A DNA stretch of 64,000 nucleotides from Lama glama (Eukaryota), in assembly GCA_028534125.1 (NCBI GenBank), contig CM052816.1:67334001-67398000 (forward strand), written 5' to 3'. The notes beneath the pieces are model-generated. The model was not told where the DNA came from, made no database searches, and was given only the letters and a program-made list of their open reading frames with translations. Position numbers and translations under genes: made by a program. Positions 25,096-36,900 of this stretch are shown here, one piece after another (the stretch's first letter is position 1; each line of letters opens with the position of its first letter).

Positions 25096-25554
25096 GCACT
25101 TGTCTGCCTTGTGTACTGCCCACTGGTATACACTGTCTTAACACTGAATGTGCTAAGGTGTTCTCTCTCCCTATAATTGAGACTCTTTCATTCCAAATTC
25201 TAATATAACAGGATTCATCACCAGGAGCATTTCTTTTCTGGTTTATGTGAATTATGCAAAATGGATATTATTTGGGCTGATGGGAATTAGCAAAAGAGGG
25301 AAATACAAGGAATAATAAAAGGAATTAAAGCAGGTGGGAGAAAGGAATGGAAGTTCTATAAGGACAATGATGGTTAACATCAATTTAGTGCTTGTTACAT
25401 GCCACATACTGTGCTAAGCAGCTGACATGTCTTTAATTATCACAACACACACGAGTTATGTACTTCTTAAGAAACTCATTTACATAGCTGAGGACAAGAA
25501 GTATTACAGAATCACTAACCAATCTCCTCTACCTCTGGACCTACAGCAAACTAT

Positions 25555-26395
25555 GGTTTTATGGTGTGTTGAACTATTGGCCCATTTCTTTACCTCCCGC
25601 TATGTCCATACCCTTTGTCAAGTGACTCTGCGATTGTTCCCACTAGAGGCGGGGTTGGGCTCAGCCACATGGCTTGCTTTGGCCATAGTGAACAGATGTG
25701 ATGTCCTTGCCTGGCTGGTCTTGCCCTCCTACAGTGAGCCCGCCCCCTCAAATTCATGTCCACCCAGAACCTCAGAATTTGACCTTATTTGGAAATAGGA
25801 TCTTTGCAAATGTAATTAAGATAAGGATTGAGATGAGATCATACTAAAGTATGGTGGACCCCAAATCCAATGAGAGGGCCCTTATAAGAGCCAGAAAAGG
25901 ACACAGCCATACAAAGAAGGCCATAGAAAATAAAAGCACAGATTGGAGTCGCACTGCTACAAATCAAGGAACACCTGCAGCCATCAGAAGCTGGAAGAAG
26001 CAAGGAAGGATTCTTCTCTGAAGACTTCAGAGGGAGCATGGCCCTGTAGACACCTTGTTTTTGGACTTCTAGTCTCCAGAACTGTGAGTGAATATATTTT
26101 TGTTATTTTAAGCCACCCAGTCTGCAGTATTTTGCTATGGCAGCCCTAAAAAATGAATACACCGCCCATGTTTCCGATACCACCTTGAGAAGGGCATCCT
26201 CCAGGTAGTGGCTGCCCTCAGAGCCCGAGCCCCAGCATCAACACATGGGGCGTGGACCTGAGCCCAAGCCACTCAGACAAGCCTTCCCAGGTCAGCCAGG
26301 CTGCAGCCAACCTGCAGACCCATGAGTGCAACAATTCATGCTGACAGTTTTACAAGCCACTGAATAGCATTGCTCTGTCTATAGCTAACAGATAA
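25555..26395 (+). mobile_element. Older MaLR LTR (MLT1H/I-like) containing a nested younger MaLR LTR
   Basis: ggctcagccacatggcttgctttggcca; cagccaacctgcagacccatgag; aagccactga. Confidence 0.65.
25730..26161 (+). mobile_element. MaLR solo LTR (MLT1B/C-like), nested
   Basis: aattcatgtccacccagaacctcagaatttgaccttatttggaaatagg; cagaagctggaagaagcaaggaaggattct; ends gaataca. Confidence 0.85.
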
Positions 26396-26999
26396 GGTTT
26401 CCAAGGCTCCTGTGAAGCTGAGCAAGGCCATCTGACTAAATCCTAGACAATGAAATGTGAGCCCAAGTAATACAGACAACTCCAAGTTCTGGCCCTGAAG
26501 ACATCCATGTAGACCTCTCCATGCTCATCCCTTCTCCATGGCAGCTTTGGAAACCACAACCTAAAGAGGGAAAACCTGGGTGCACGCATCACCTCACTGC
26601 TCAGGAGTGCCTGATTCTTTACTTTATTAAAAGAAAGCTTCTACTGGATCAAGCCTGTGCTTTGAGGGTTTATCAGTTACAGCAACTAGTATGCCCTTAA
26701 TAAAGGGAAGATGCATAAATTGTCCAAGGTTATATAGTGAGTCAATGATAAAACCAGGATTTGTCTGACTCCAGTGTCCAGATAATTGCCAGTTAAAACA
26801 GATCTCCTCCTACACTAATTGTAAAACTTCGGGAAAGGTGAAGGACGATGCCTTAGAACTGGGCTCTCGTGACATTTAACAAGAGAAAAGGTACAGGGAT
26901 TCGTGTAAGAGTTGATGGAGGAGGTAGATTGGAGAGGCAGGGATAGGAAATCAGAGGCAGGGCCTAAAAGAAAAATCTGAGGAGGCAGAAATTAGTAAC

Positions 27000-27210
27000 T
27001 GCCGAGTAATGTGATAACATGCATAGCCCTCACTTATATCACATAAAATCCTTTCAGCTACCCTGTCAAGGGTACTGCTACTACCCCCGCTGTAATGAGG
27101 AACCTGAGGCACACAGGAGTTGAGAGACTTGCCCACATGCACACAGCGAGTCACTGACAGAGCCAGAAATCAAGCCCAGGGAAGCTGGGCACCAGAGTCG
27201 CTGTGCTACA
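27000..27210 (-). mobile_element. MIR SINE remnant
   Basis: gaggaacctgaggcacacaggagttgagagacttgccca (reverse MIR core). Confidence 0.7.
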
Positions 27211-27516
27211 GGGATTCTCTAGAAGGATAAAAGCATTGAACCCTTGGACAAGGACCAAGCACATGGAAGAGTCTCTTAGCATTCTTATTATCCACAACAG
27301 TTTAAAGTTACAAGTGTCTTGAAACTGCAAAGAAAGATGAACTTGACAAGCTTTACAAGCAAGGGACAGAAAAGGAAATTAGTTATACAACATCCATTAT
27401 TTTACTATTCATTTACATATGAAATATGCCATTACCTTTATTTAGTATCAGGTCACTATTATTCCAGTTTAAGGAGTAGAATCATATGCATAAAGGCCCT
27501 GCAAAGACTTTATAGG

Positions 27517-28318
27517 TTATCAGAGAAACGCAAGTCAAAACTACAATGAGATATCAGCTCACACCAGCCAGAATGGCCATCATTAAAGAGTCCACAAACA
27601 ATAAATTCTGGAGAAGGTATGGAGAAAGGGAAACCCTCCTGCACTGCTGGTGGGAATGTAATCTGGTGCAGCCATTATCGAAAACAGTATGGAGATTCCT
27701 CAAAATCTAAAAATGGATTTACCATATTATCTGGCCATCCCACTCCTGGGCATATATCCAGAGGAAACTCTAATTCAAAAAGATACATGCACCCCAGTGT
27801 TCTTAGAAGCACTATTTACAATAGTCAAGATACGGAAGCAAACTAAATGTCCATCAACAGATGATTGCAAAAAGAAATTGTGTAATATATATATGCAATG
27901 GAATACTACTCAGTCATAAAAAAGAGTGAAATAATGCTATTTGGTGTAACATGAATGAACCTGGAGATGTGAAGTAAGTCAGAAAGAAAAAAATACCATG
28001 TGATATAACTAAAAAATGATACAAATGAACTTATTTACAAAGTAGAAACAGAATGACAGTAAAATAAACATCTTATGGTAACTGGCGGAGAGTCAGTGGG
28101 AAGGGAAAAATTGGGAGTTTGAGATTTGTGAATACTAACTACTATACACAAAACAGATAAACAACAAGTTTTTCCTGTATAGCACAGGGAACTATATTCA
28201 ATATCTTGTAGTAACCTATAACGAAAAAGAATATATGTATGTATAAGACTGAAACATTATGCTGTACACCAGAAATAACTGACACATTGTAAACTGACTA
28301 TACTTGAATTAAAAAAAA
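27517..28318 (+). mobile_element. Young 5'-truncated L1, canonical 3' end
   Basis: ORF2 end (AIPLLGIYPEETLIQKDTCTP), 3' UTR ending aaactgactatacttgaatt plus poly-A; TSD aaagacttt (27503-27511, 28319-28327). Confidence 0.95.
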
Positions 28319-28619
28319 AAAGACTTTTTGGGGCCTGCTTGCTTGGAGCTCTGCAGGCTGGCTGATAGTGATTTCAACCAAGACTCTTCTTATTTAAAGC
28401 CAGCGACCTAAGCTTAACCTCTAGAAAATATTGTTTCGTCTTCAGTAATGTACAGACAATAAAAGTCCCTATCATAAAGAGTTGCTATGAAAATTAAACA
28501 AGACACTCTTAGCACAGTGTCTGGCATATAAAAAGGGCTCAATAAATACTTGTTATTCTTCTTTTTAAGTATTGTTATTGAAATGCATTGCCTAATTAGT
28601 TGCTAAATAATAGATTCTA

Positions 28620-29445
28620 CCGGTGCAAGATCTCTAAATCTAAAACTGCCTTCTTCTGCACTTTAGTTTAAACATTCATCAACTCCCCCTGGAGACCATT
28701 TTAATTGCTTCCTAAGTGGATCTCCCCACCTACTGTGTCTCCCTCTTCTAGCCCATTTTTGTGAACTGCTGCAGGTTAATCTTCTCAGTCCACAGCTCCT
28801 CTCATGTCACTCCCCTACTCAACAACCTTCAATGGCTCCCCACTGACTCCAGAGTTGCCCCTCTCCCACTACTCCCCTCCACATGTTACACTTCATTGAA
28901 ACTGGACATCTCACCCTTCCTTACACATGCCTCACGTTTCCATGTCTTTGTTCCCCCATGATCTCCATCTCTTCTAATCCACTTCATCTTTCATGCCCCC
29001 AGCTCAAAGATACCTCCTTCATGAGTTTTACTTTCCTCTTCCCCTTAGCCCACTCCACTAAACGTATGACCTTCCCTCTCTCATTCCCAAGGCATCTTTT
29101 TTTGTCTCTTTTGTGTGTGTCTCTCTCTTCTATGTCATATATCATAATATGCCTTTTACTATAATTATTTTGGCATTTGACTAATGCAGTCACACAGTGT
29201 AAGCTTGTTGAAGGCAGAGTGTCTTCCTCACCTTTTTAACATACACATAATGTGTTGCATGTGCAGTGGATCATAAAGAAATGTTCACTGATTATTTAAG
29301 TTTAATATGCATATGTTTTATCTCCCCTATTAAGTCTGTTGATGGCAGGGACCATACCTAATTTATGGCTGTATCCTCCATAGCAGTTAACCAGTGTCCT
29401 GCACAGTAGAAAGTACTCAACAAACATTTGCAAAATAAATAAGGT
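28620..29445 (+). mobile_element. L2 remnants
   Basis: tcatgtcactcccctactcaacaaccttcaatggctccccact; L2 3' end cagtagaaagtactcaacaaacatttg. Confidence 0.7.
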
Positions 29446-29502
29446 GGTAGATCGAACAAATGGGTGAAGGAATAGACAGATGGGTGAAAAGATGAAGATA
29501 AA

Positions 29503-29528
29503 TGGATGGATGGATGGATAGATGGATA
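29503..29528. repeat. (GGAT)n tetranucleotide repeat
   Basis: Direct inspection. Confidence 0.85.
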
Positions 29529-29897
29529 CATCATGGGGAGGATTTATACATTCCTCCAAAGTTTTTTGGCTAATAGCTCTTCTAGTCATTGGCCCAGATG
29601 CCAACTCAGTTTGAAAGAAGCAATACTCAGTGGTAGCCACTGATGAAAAATGGGCCATAGAAGGAGTTCCTGATCTAGTTTTGACAAACTGGGCACACAT
29701 ATAACCCCAATCCTCCATCCTGGAAGGCAGACAAGTTTTCTGGGAGGGAATGTCCTCCTTTCTAAACCTCATTTCATCCCACAGGGATCCACAGTGTTTA
29801 TTCTGTCTTGTTCCCATTACAGAAGAAATCTAATAGAGCAGCTAAAAACTAATTCACAGTAACATGCTGGTGCCCTCTCACGGGGAATTTTTTGTTC

Positions 29898-30060
29898 TTT
29901 TTTTTTTAACAACTTTATTGTGGTCTGAGTCCTGTACAATACACTACACATATTTCAGGTGTACAATTTGATGAATTTTGATAGACGTATAAACCAGTGA
30001 AACCACCACCACAATCAAGATAGCTACCATTTCCATCACTCCCAAGAGCTGCAAATTTCC
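29898..30060 (-). mobile_element. Short L1 3' end carrying the alternative 3' UTR
   Basis: Reverse complement ggaaatttgcagctcttgggagtgatggaaatggtagctatcttgattgtggtgg...accacaataaagttg plus poly-A, highly similar to 18993-19145. Confidence 0.9.
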
Positions 30061-31139
30061 ACAAGGAGAATTACATTCTAAAACAGAATCATTGGAAAAG
30101 GACAGTAAAGATCCAAAGAACTGACTCCCTGATTCTGGCATGTTTAGTGCTGCTTCTCTCTATCTGTCTCATCTGGACAACAGAGTTGAAAGCAGACCAT
30201 GAACCCACACATGTACTTTATATACAGTAAGTCCACAGAGGCAGCCATTGAAAGGACTACTCTTATAAAGAAGAGGCAGGCCGTGGCCTGGCCTGGAATA
30301 TTTGTCACAGTGCTGGCCTAGCAAGAATTTCAAGGTTCAGAAGCTGAACCTCAGAGACTCTGCTTGCTGAGGAGGCAAATTTTTGCATTATATGCCCAAA
30401 TAAGATATTTCTGGATACCAGAGTACAAAAGGAAATTGATTCTGTTCTCTTTCAAGCTGGCAGACTTCCTACTTTTCAAGACTGGCCAAGGCCAACAAAC
30501 TGTGGGGGCACCTCCTTGAGATACAAAGGAAGTAATGGAACCCATATCCACTCAGGTCCCAGATTATGTGCATCCTTTATACTGCTGAGAAGCCACCAGA
30601 GGAGAAAAATCTAGTAAAAGCAACCTTGAACCAAATCCCAGCAGAACTTGAACCAAATCTCACCCATCCTCAACACAGATCAGCCTTTATGACCTAGGCT
30701 AGCACAGCAGTTACTAGAGTCCAGTAAGCAAATTTTAATAGATATTAGATTATAGGTACAGATTATCATTAGAGCATCTACGAAGATCATAGGAAGAACA
30801 GAAGTCCATTTTAAAACACTGTATGGAAAAGTTTTTTTGGTTTATCCCAAGGTTAACCAATTATCCTATGCTCCCTTTTCTTCTGGGGTAACTGGTCTGG
30901 CAATTCAGAATTACAAGCCATGCCAAAACCCTCACATGCCTTCAGAATAATCCAAAAATATTAAATGTTTAGTGGAATTTTACTATTAATATATTTTATT
31001 GTGTTCATTTTTTGGAAAACTGCCACCCTACATCTATATAATATGTTACAACTAACAATTCATTATAGCCAAAGTATTTATTAACCAGGAAGTTAAGTAG
31101 TATTTATAAAGTTATTTTTCTATTAATGAAATTGCTTTT

Positions 31140-31340
31140 AGGTAAGCATCTCAAATCCTCAAAACAGCCATGCAAGTTGGGGATTATTATTTTTATTATT
31201 ATTACCATCATCATTATTTTATAGGTTTGGAAACTAAGCTTGTCAACTTCCCTGAAGTCATAGCAGCCAGTTAATGATGGTTTCCAGGACTCAGATTCAG
31301 GTCTGATAACTCAGTACTCCATGTTCTTCTCACTGCACTA
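31140..31340 (-). mobile_element. MIR SINE remnant
   Basis: ttttataggtttggaaactaagc; aacttccctgaagtcatagcagc; caggtctg. Confidence 0.55.
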
Positions 31341-31631
31341 TAATTCTTCAGCAGAATCTCCCAGCAACTTCCCATGTTCTGCTAGGTTTGTGGTCCCGTG
31401 GAGTCCTGCCGCTAAGGTCTCTGTAGTGACTAATTTCCTCAGTGGCCCCGGAACAGCCTAGAATGTGCTAGTCAGTTCACTCTGCCTACCTGTAAGACCC
31501 TCACTAAAGGCTTGTAATCTCAGTAACTATTCTCTAAACAAGTGAATTCCTAGACCACACACTCACTCATAGAGCCTTGATAACTTTCTAGGAATAAGGA
31601 ACATTTTGGAGTATATGTACATTTGTGTATC

Positions 31632-31680
31632 TGTGTGTGTAAGAGTGAGTGAGTGAGTGAGTGAGTGTGTGTGTGTGTGT
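31632..31680. repeat. Compound (GAGT)n/(GT)n microsatellite
   Basis: Direct inspection. Confidence 0.95.
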
Positions 31681-32284
31681 CTGTTCACCTTTCTCAATCA
31701 ATTACCACCAAACCTCTCAGGAGCCAATCAAGACCTAATTCATGTGAGGTGTCAAACTATAATTTAGGGATCTCTGATGCTCACAAACCCTGCAATTAGT
31801 TTCAATGGCTAAACTGGAGGTGCTGACAGCCACATAAAATCTCTTGTTCCATCAACATCTCTCTAAAATATGCTGGAAACTGCACCTGCAACTTGAATTC
31901 CTTAATCTGTGTCACTGCCTTTTCGAAAAGCACTAATAAATGTCAATGGCATGAAGGGCAGAGATTATAGGCTTCTTTATTCTCGTAGAAAAACACCACT
32001 ATCTACTGGCTGGAAACCAGCAGTATGTCATTAGCTGGGCTTGTTAAGCCGTGGCCCCCTGATCACTGGGAGCAGAGGTGTTGGTGAGGAGAGAAGCTGA
32101 GCCTCTGTGTGTTCTTCAAAATCCATCCAGTCTCAAGACCAAAGTTCACACACACGCGTAGCAGAACAAAACTCACACACTGGAACCTGCATCTACAACC
32201 TTTCTGCATATGAGTCAACAAAATTGACTTGTCGATTGAATCTCTAGGGATGGAAAGGATTTGGGGGGTAGGTATTCTAGACCA

Positions 32285-32985
32285 CAACTGTCCAAAAGAA
32301 CTACATGCAAGCCACGGACGTGAGCCACAGATGTAATTTTTAATTTTCTGCTGCTCACATTTAAAAGGGTGAGAGAAACAAGCAAAATTAACTTTAACAA
32401 TATATTTTATTTAACCCAATAGATCCAAAAGTGTCACTGTAACATATAATCAATATAAAAATCATTGAGATTTTTTACATTTTTTTTCACAGTAAGTCTT
32501 TGAAACCCAATGTGTATTTTACACTTTCATCTCAGTTGGGACCAGTCATATTTCAAGTGTTCAAAAGTTGCATGGAGTGTATGGAGACAGTATAAAGATC
32601 AGTGGTTGCCTGGAGTTAGTGAAGAAGGAAGGAGGAATAGGTGGAACATACTCCGTATGATACTAAATGGTGGATATATGCCCTTACACATTTGTCTAAA
32701 CTCACAGAATCCACAACACCAAGAGTAAGCCCTAAAGGAAGCCACGGACTCCGGATGATGATGTGTCGGTGTAGGTTCATCAACTGTAACAGAGGAACCA
32801 CTGTGGTGGGGGACGTTGATAATGGGGGAGGCTATGCATATGTGGGAGCAGGGGACAGATGGGAAATCTCTAAACCTTCTGCTCACTTTTGCTGTGAACC
32901 TAAAACTGCTCTAAAAAATAAAGCATCAAAGTATATTTTTTAAAACCATTACATAAGCTAATGGCTATCCAATGGGACAGTTCTA
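32285..32985. mobile_element. MER33-like hAT-Charlie element interrupted by an L1MC fragment
   Basis: ctgtccaaaagaact...tgagccacagatgtaattttt; aatatattttatttaacccaat; atatttcaagtgttcaa; right end gctaatggcta...ggacag. Confidence 0.75.
32578..32945 (+). mobile_element. L1MC1-like 3' end
   Basis: acaacaccaagagtaagccctaa; gtgtaggttcatcaactgtaaca; ttttgctgtgaacctaaaactgctctaaaaaataaag. Confidence 0.85.
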
Positions 32986-33039
32986 GAAGAACTGTTTCAT
33001 CCTGTCACCCTGGATAAAGGTAGGATTGCTCATAAATGC

Positions 33040-33520
33040 AGCTGGGTTAGCCAGGATTCTTTGGGTTGCCCATCTCAGAAATACAGTTCAAACTACTGTG
33101 GGCAAGGAGTGGGTAGGGCAGGGATACTGGTCGGCCTCAGAGATCACTATCAGATATCAATGACTCCGCTTCCACATGCCAGCTTTCTCCACAAGCTTGA
33201 CCTACAGCTTCTAGAAGCTTCTGGACTTACATCATTCAGCATCATGCCCAGAGCAGAGAGAATTCTTTCAATCAATTTCAAAGTGAAAATCCCAGGGAAG
33301 CTCTCTAATTGACCCCGGCTGAGTACCATGTCCACTCGTGTGGCTCCAAGGGCAGGGTACTATGTTTGGAATCCTCCACTGTTCTATACACCTGAGATTC
33401 TGGTGCAGATTCCAGAACCCTCTGGCTGGAAGGGAGTGGAGGGTCGCTTTCCAAAAGAACTGGTGATGCACGCATATCAGACCAAGCACAGTGTGGCTCT
33501 ATCATAGAAATCAGGGAGGA
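33040..33520 (-). mobile_element. Degraded MaLR LTR (MLT1K/L-like)
   Basis: gttagccaggattctttgggttgc...cagaaa; ctctaattgaccccggctgagtaccatgtccac. Confidence 0.5.
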
Positions 33521-33690
33521 GGTTCTTCCTACAGGACTGGCTTTCACTCGACCAGCCCTTTCCAGAGACCAATCAGGAAGTTCCAGCAGCTCCGAAACCC
33601 TCACTAGTCCTGTCCACCCAGGGACAGCTAGAGAAAAGACAGGACTTGAGTCCAGGTTTTGAAGTTCAAATTTCAGCCTCCCTTTCACTA

Positions 33691-34150
33691 CAGGAGTGCT
33701 TTTCAATGGAAACGGTACCACTACATTTAAGGGGGTTTTAAACTTCATTGGGGCAGTTTTGATCATCACAATGATTAGGGAGTGTATTGGCATTTAAAGG
33801 GTGAGAGCCAGAGATACCAGAGAGGAAGATGTATTTCTCCAGTCCTCAGGCACACTGTCAAATATGTTGAGGGCCAACAATATGCAGCTGAATGCTATTT
33901 CTCATAATATCAACCATATTCATTATCAGTGGGTACGAGCATCTGCCTCCTTCATAAAGACTTCGAGTTCAGCTGTGCCTGAGCATTTGTGTGTGTGCAT
34001 CATTTTATTTCAAACTGATACCTTTATTTTTCTTTACATTACAGTTAGAAAATCATATTGACTTTTTAATTATGTGTGGTGAGCTTCTCTGACCTATAAA
34101 ATTTCATTTCAAGATGGTAAAGGACATTACAAAACACATATTCAAAAGAC
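33691..34150. mobile_element. MER20B-like hAT remnant
   Basis: ttttgatcatcacaatgattagggagtgtattggcattta; tgcctgagcattt; tttaattatgtgtggtgagc. Confidence 0.55.
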
Positions 34151-35554
34151 AGGCATTGATGGGGCTGAGACTCTGAACTACACCAAGCTCGAGGAGAGGG
34201 CTGTGGAGAGACTGCTGAAGAAGGAACCAGAACAAAAAGAGGATAAGCAATGATGGGTGCAGACAGCTGGAACGTGGATGGAAAGACAAAGCCAAGAGAA
34301 GAAAGATGCAGGGTGAGGATGAGAAACGAAGGATGGTCCCCGACCCTGACAGCTCTCCCTCTTCCTGTGAGCTCCTCTCTCCCACTCTCCAGCCTGGTTT
34401 CTCCTCCTTCATGGTCTTCCCCAGCCTGAGGGGGGCATGAGATGCCCAACGACAGCATATCCCTGGCAAAATCAACTACTAGCAAATATTTTCAAGATCC
34501 CAAGCCCAAACTTCACACTGACTCTGCCCCGGGCTATGAGATGATAACTAGAGAGAAAAACGGAAGTCACTGGCCAGATGCATGAACTGAGAGGAAATCC
34601 CTCCTGGAATATTACTGAGCAATTTTAAAACTTAATTATGGAGACTAAATAGAAATATCAACACATGTCAGGTGCATCATAAGCTGAAAAGCAGAATATT
34701 TCATTTTACCCTATATTACAACCACGTTTTTTAAAATGCATGATTATGGACAGAAACTTATCAAGGCAGGAGCAAGATATTTTCAAAAAGCAAAAATAAT
34801 TGCTACGATAGTATAGTAGGATTTATTTACCATTTTTTTCTTTAATAGTTTTTCTGTTACAGACAAATATCCACCCTCCCCCCCCAAAAAAACCCATTCA
34901 TTTCACTCTTTTCTACTTCCCTATTCAAAGCATACCTCTTCCCCATTGGTTTATTACTGGACTTCCCTAAACTCCAAATCAAACAGATCCTATCTTCCCT
35001 ACCAAAAAGATGTATAAGCTTTACTAGGAGAGCAGCAATTAGCATCAGCTGCATCAGTGTTTCAACTTAAAAACTGTTTTCCATAAATTACTCCCAGAAC
35101 GTTAACATCAGTCAAACCCCTCTGCCTAATGTCGAAATAAACCACTTAATTTTAATAACAGGCTACAGCAACTCTTGAACATAATAAAAGCCTACAGAAC
35201 ACATGCACCAGACATATGCATCTTTCAGGAGAGTAAATTAAAGCTGAGTTTAATTTTTTTAAGATGTGGAGAATGGTGGAATTTTTTTTAATAACACATA
35301 CAGGAATCAGAGGAAAGTTTATTCAAGCTTGCGCAGGAGACCTGGCAATGTCTGACTCAGCTTATCTGCATCCCCTTAATCCACAAAGAAACTAATACAT
35401 TGTCCTACTTTATTGACCATAGAAAATCAGATTCATCAACATTCTCCTTGACTTCTTGACATCTGCCAAACTACTGACCATTCTCCCTACTTAAAAATCC
35501 TTCTTTTGGTTTTCACAGAACAATACTATCCTAGTTTGCTTCAGGCCACTTCTT

Positions 35555-36255
35555 GACGGCATGGACGAGGCCACTACTCAGGACCAGGAAGCAGTGAGGG
35601 AAACTGCTTCTCGAATCAGAATTCCGCCCAGTAAGAATCCTGCCAGTGAAGCAGAGCCTCGGACTGGGGGTCACCACAACCATCACTGAAGGGACCCTCG
35701 GGAAGGGTCAGGCACTTACCTTGGACCAAAAAAAATTACACTTCAAGGAACTCAGAGAGAAGAGCTTCTTCCCTGATCAGAGATTCTAGGGACTTTTAAA
35801 ATTCACCTAAGGTGATATTTTCCAGTTAGATCCATTACACCTGAAACCTGCCTTCACTGATTAAGTTGTTTATAAAAACTTGCATATCCTCCAAGCCTCA
35901 TGTAGCATAAATCATAAGATGTTTGCCTGAGTTTTTTCAGGAACTTGGAGTCAGCTGTGTTCAGCTCGAGTTCCAGCTGGTTAAGACTGGTTAACCGACC
36001 CTCCAACTGGGCCAGCGGGAGTGTCCCCTCAGTGACCTTTTGATGTCCAAGGGTCAAAAACGCCTCAGAGGGCGCTAATGCCTCCATTTTCTGCACAGGC
36101 TTCCCAAGACGACGCCTGGAGCTTAGTTGCGCCTGCGCAGAAAAATTCTCTTACCTTTTTTCTCATCTCCAATTACCTTCCCCAACACCTTGGCTTTATC
36201 TCATAAATATCCTGGGTTCCTTGCCTTCCAGGACATGGATGTGAGGTTTGTTGTG
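35555..36255 (+). mobile_element. ERV1-class solo LTR (MER57/MER65-like U3 motifs)
   Basis: agtgacctttt-gatgtccaagggtcaaaaac; gctaatgcctccattttctgcaca; agttgcgcctgcgcag; TATA-like cataaata 36202-36209; flanked by L2-like sequence. Confidence 0.65.
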
Positions 36256-36539
36256 ACTTAGACTAATCTGGTTCAGTAAAAGTGGTACCTCCCTCTCTGT
36301 GGTTATACCCCACAGGGGCACACCCCCACCCCGCAATGCCCCTCACGTCCTTCTGCCTAGAAATGGCCTGTTCACACCTCTCCCCACACCCAAGTCCTTT
36401 CCTCAAAGCCCCAATTCAAGGTCCTTCCGCATAAACTCTCCCCTGGCTGCCTCAGCCTGAGCAACAGTTCCCTCCTCTGAACTTCCTATCTGAATTCTTT
36501 ATTTGGCACTTCGAATAAGCTAGTTTTGTCTACTTCTTT

Positions 36540-36900
36540 GTTTTTGCACGTGAGGCAAAGCTCTGAAACGGCTTTAGAAGCTCCTCTAGGACAGAAACTG
36601 CCGCGCCACTCTCCATAATTCCCATTGTTGAAAACAGTGGCCAACCAAAATCATACAGGTAACAGCGGTGCCCATTGTCACGTCCTGACAGCCTGTTCCA
36701 TGCCAGGATTATCCTGCGTGAGAAGACTTGGCTCCTAGGATGTGTTCTCTCCATTCGCCCGCTCCCCTTTGAGTCACAAGGTCAAACCTGCTAAAATTTG
36801 GTTTCTTAATCTCTAATGAGGTCCTTAAATTTAACAAGCCCTAGATACAGAAAAGGGGTGGCCCACAGCTTCGTAAGTGGTCGTGAAAGCTTTCAGCTCC
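36540..36900. promoter_or_regulatory. Candidate enhancer
   Basis: CACGTG 36547-36552; TGAGTCA 36770-36776 abutting CAAGGTCA 36777-36784; locally retained CpGs; no recognisable repeat. Confidence 0.35.

Noticed and set aside
29302..29817. 171-aa minus ORF (also 10074-10577, 23954-24445, 33305-33793)
   Set aside because: They span L2, MaLR or microsatellite sequence with no recognisable domains; consistent with chance ORFs.
30625..30659. 13-bp direct repeat cttgaaccaaatc (similar small duplication at 44268-44297)
   Set aside because: Ordinary local slippage duplications with no further structure.
35854..36096. 80-aa minus ORF with a coiled-coil look (LAQLEGRLTSLNQLELEL)
   Set aside because: Lies antisense within an LTR, has a non-ATG start, and shows no recognisable homology or splice context.
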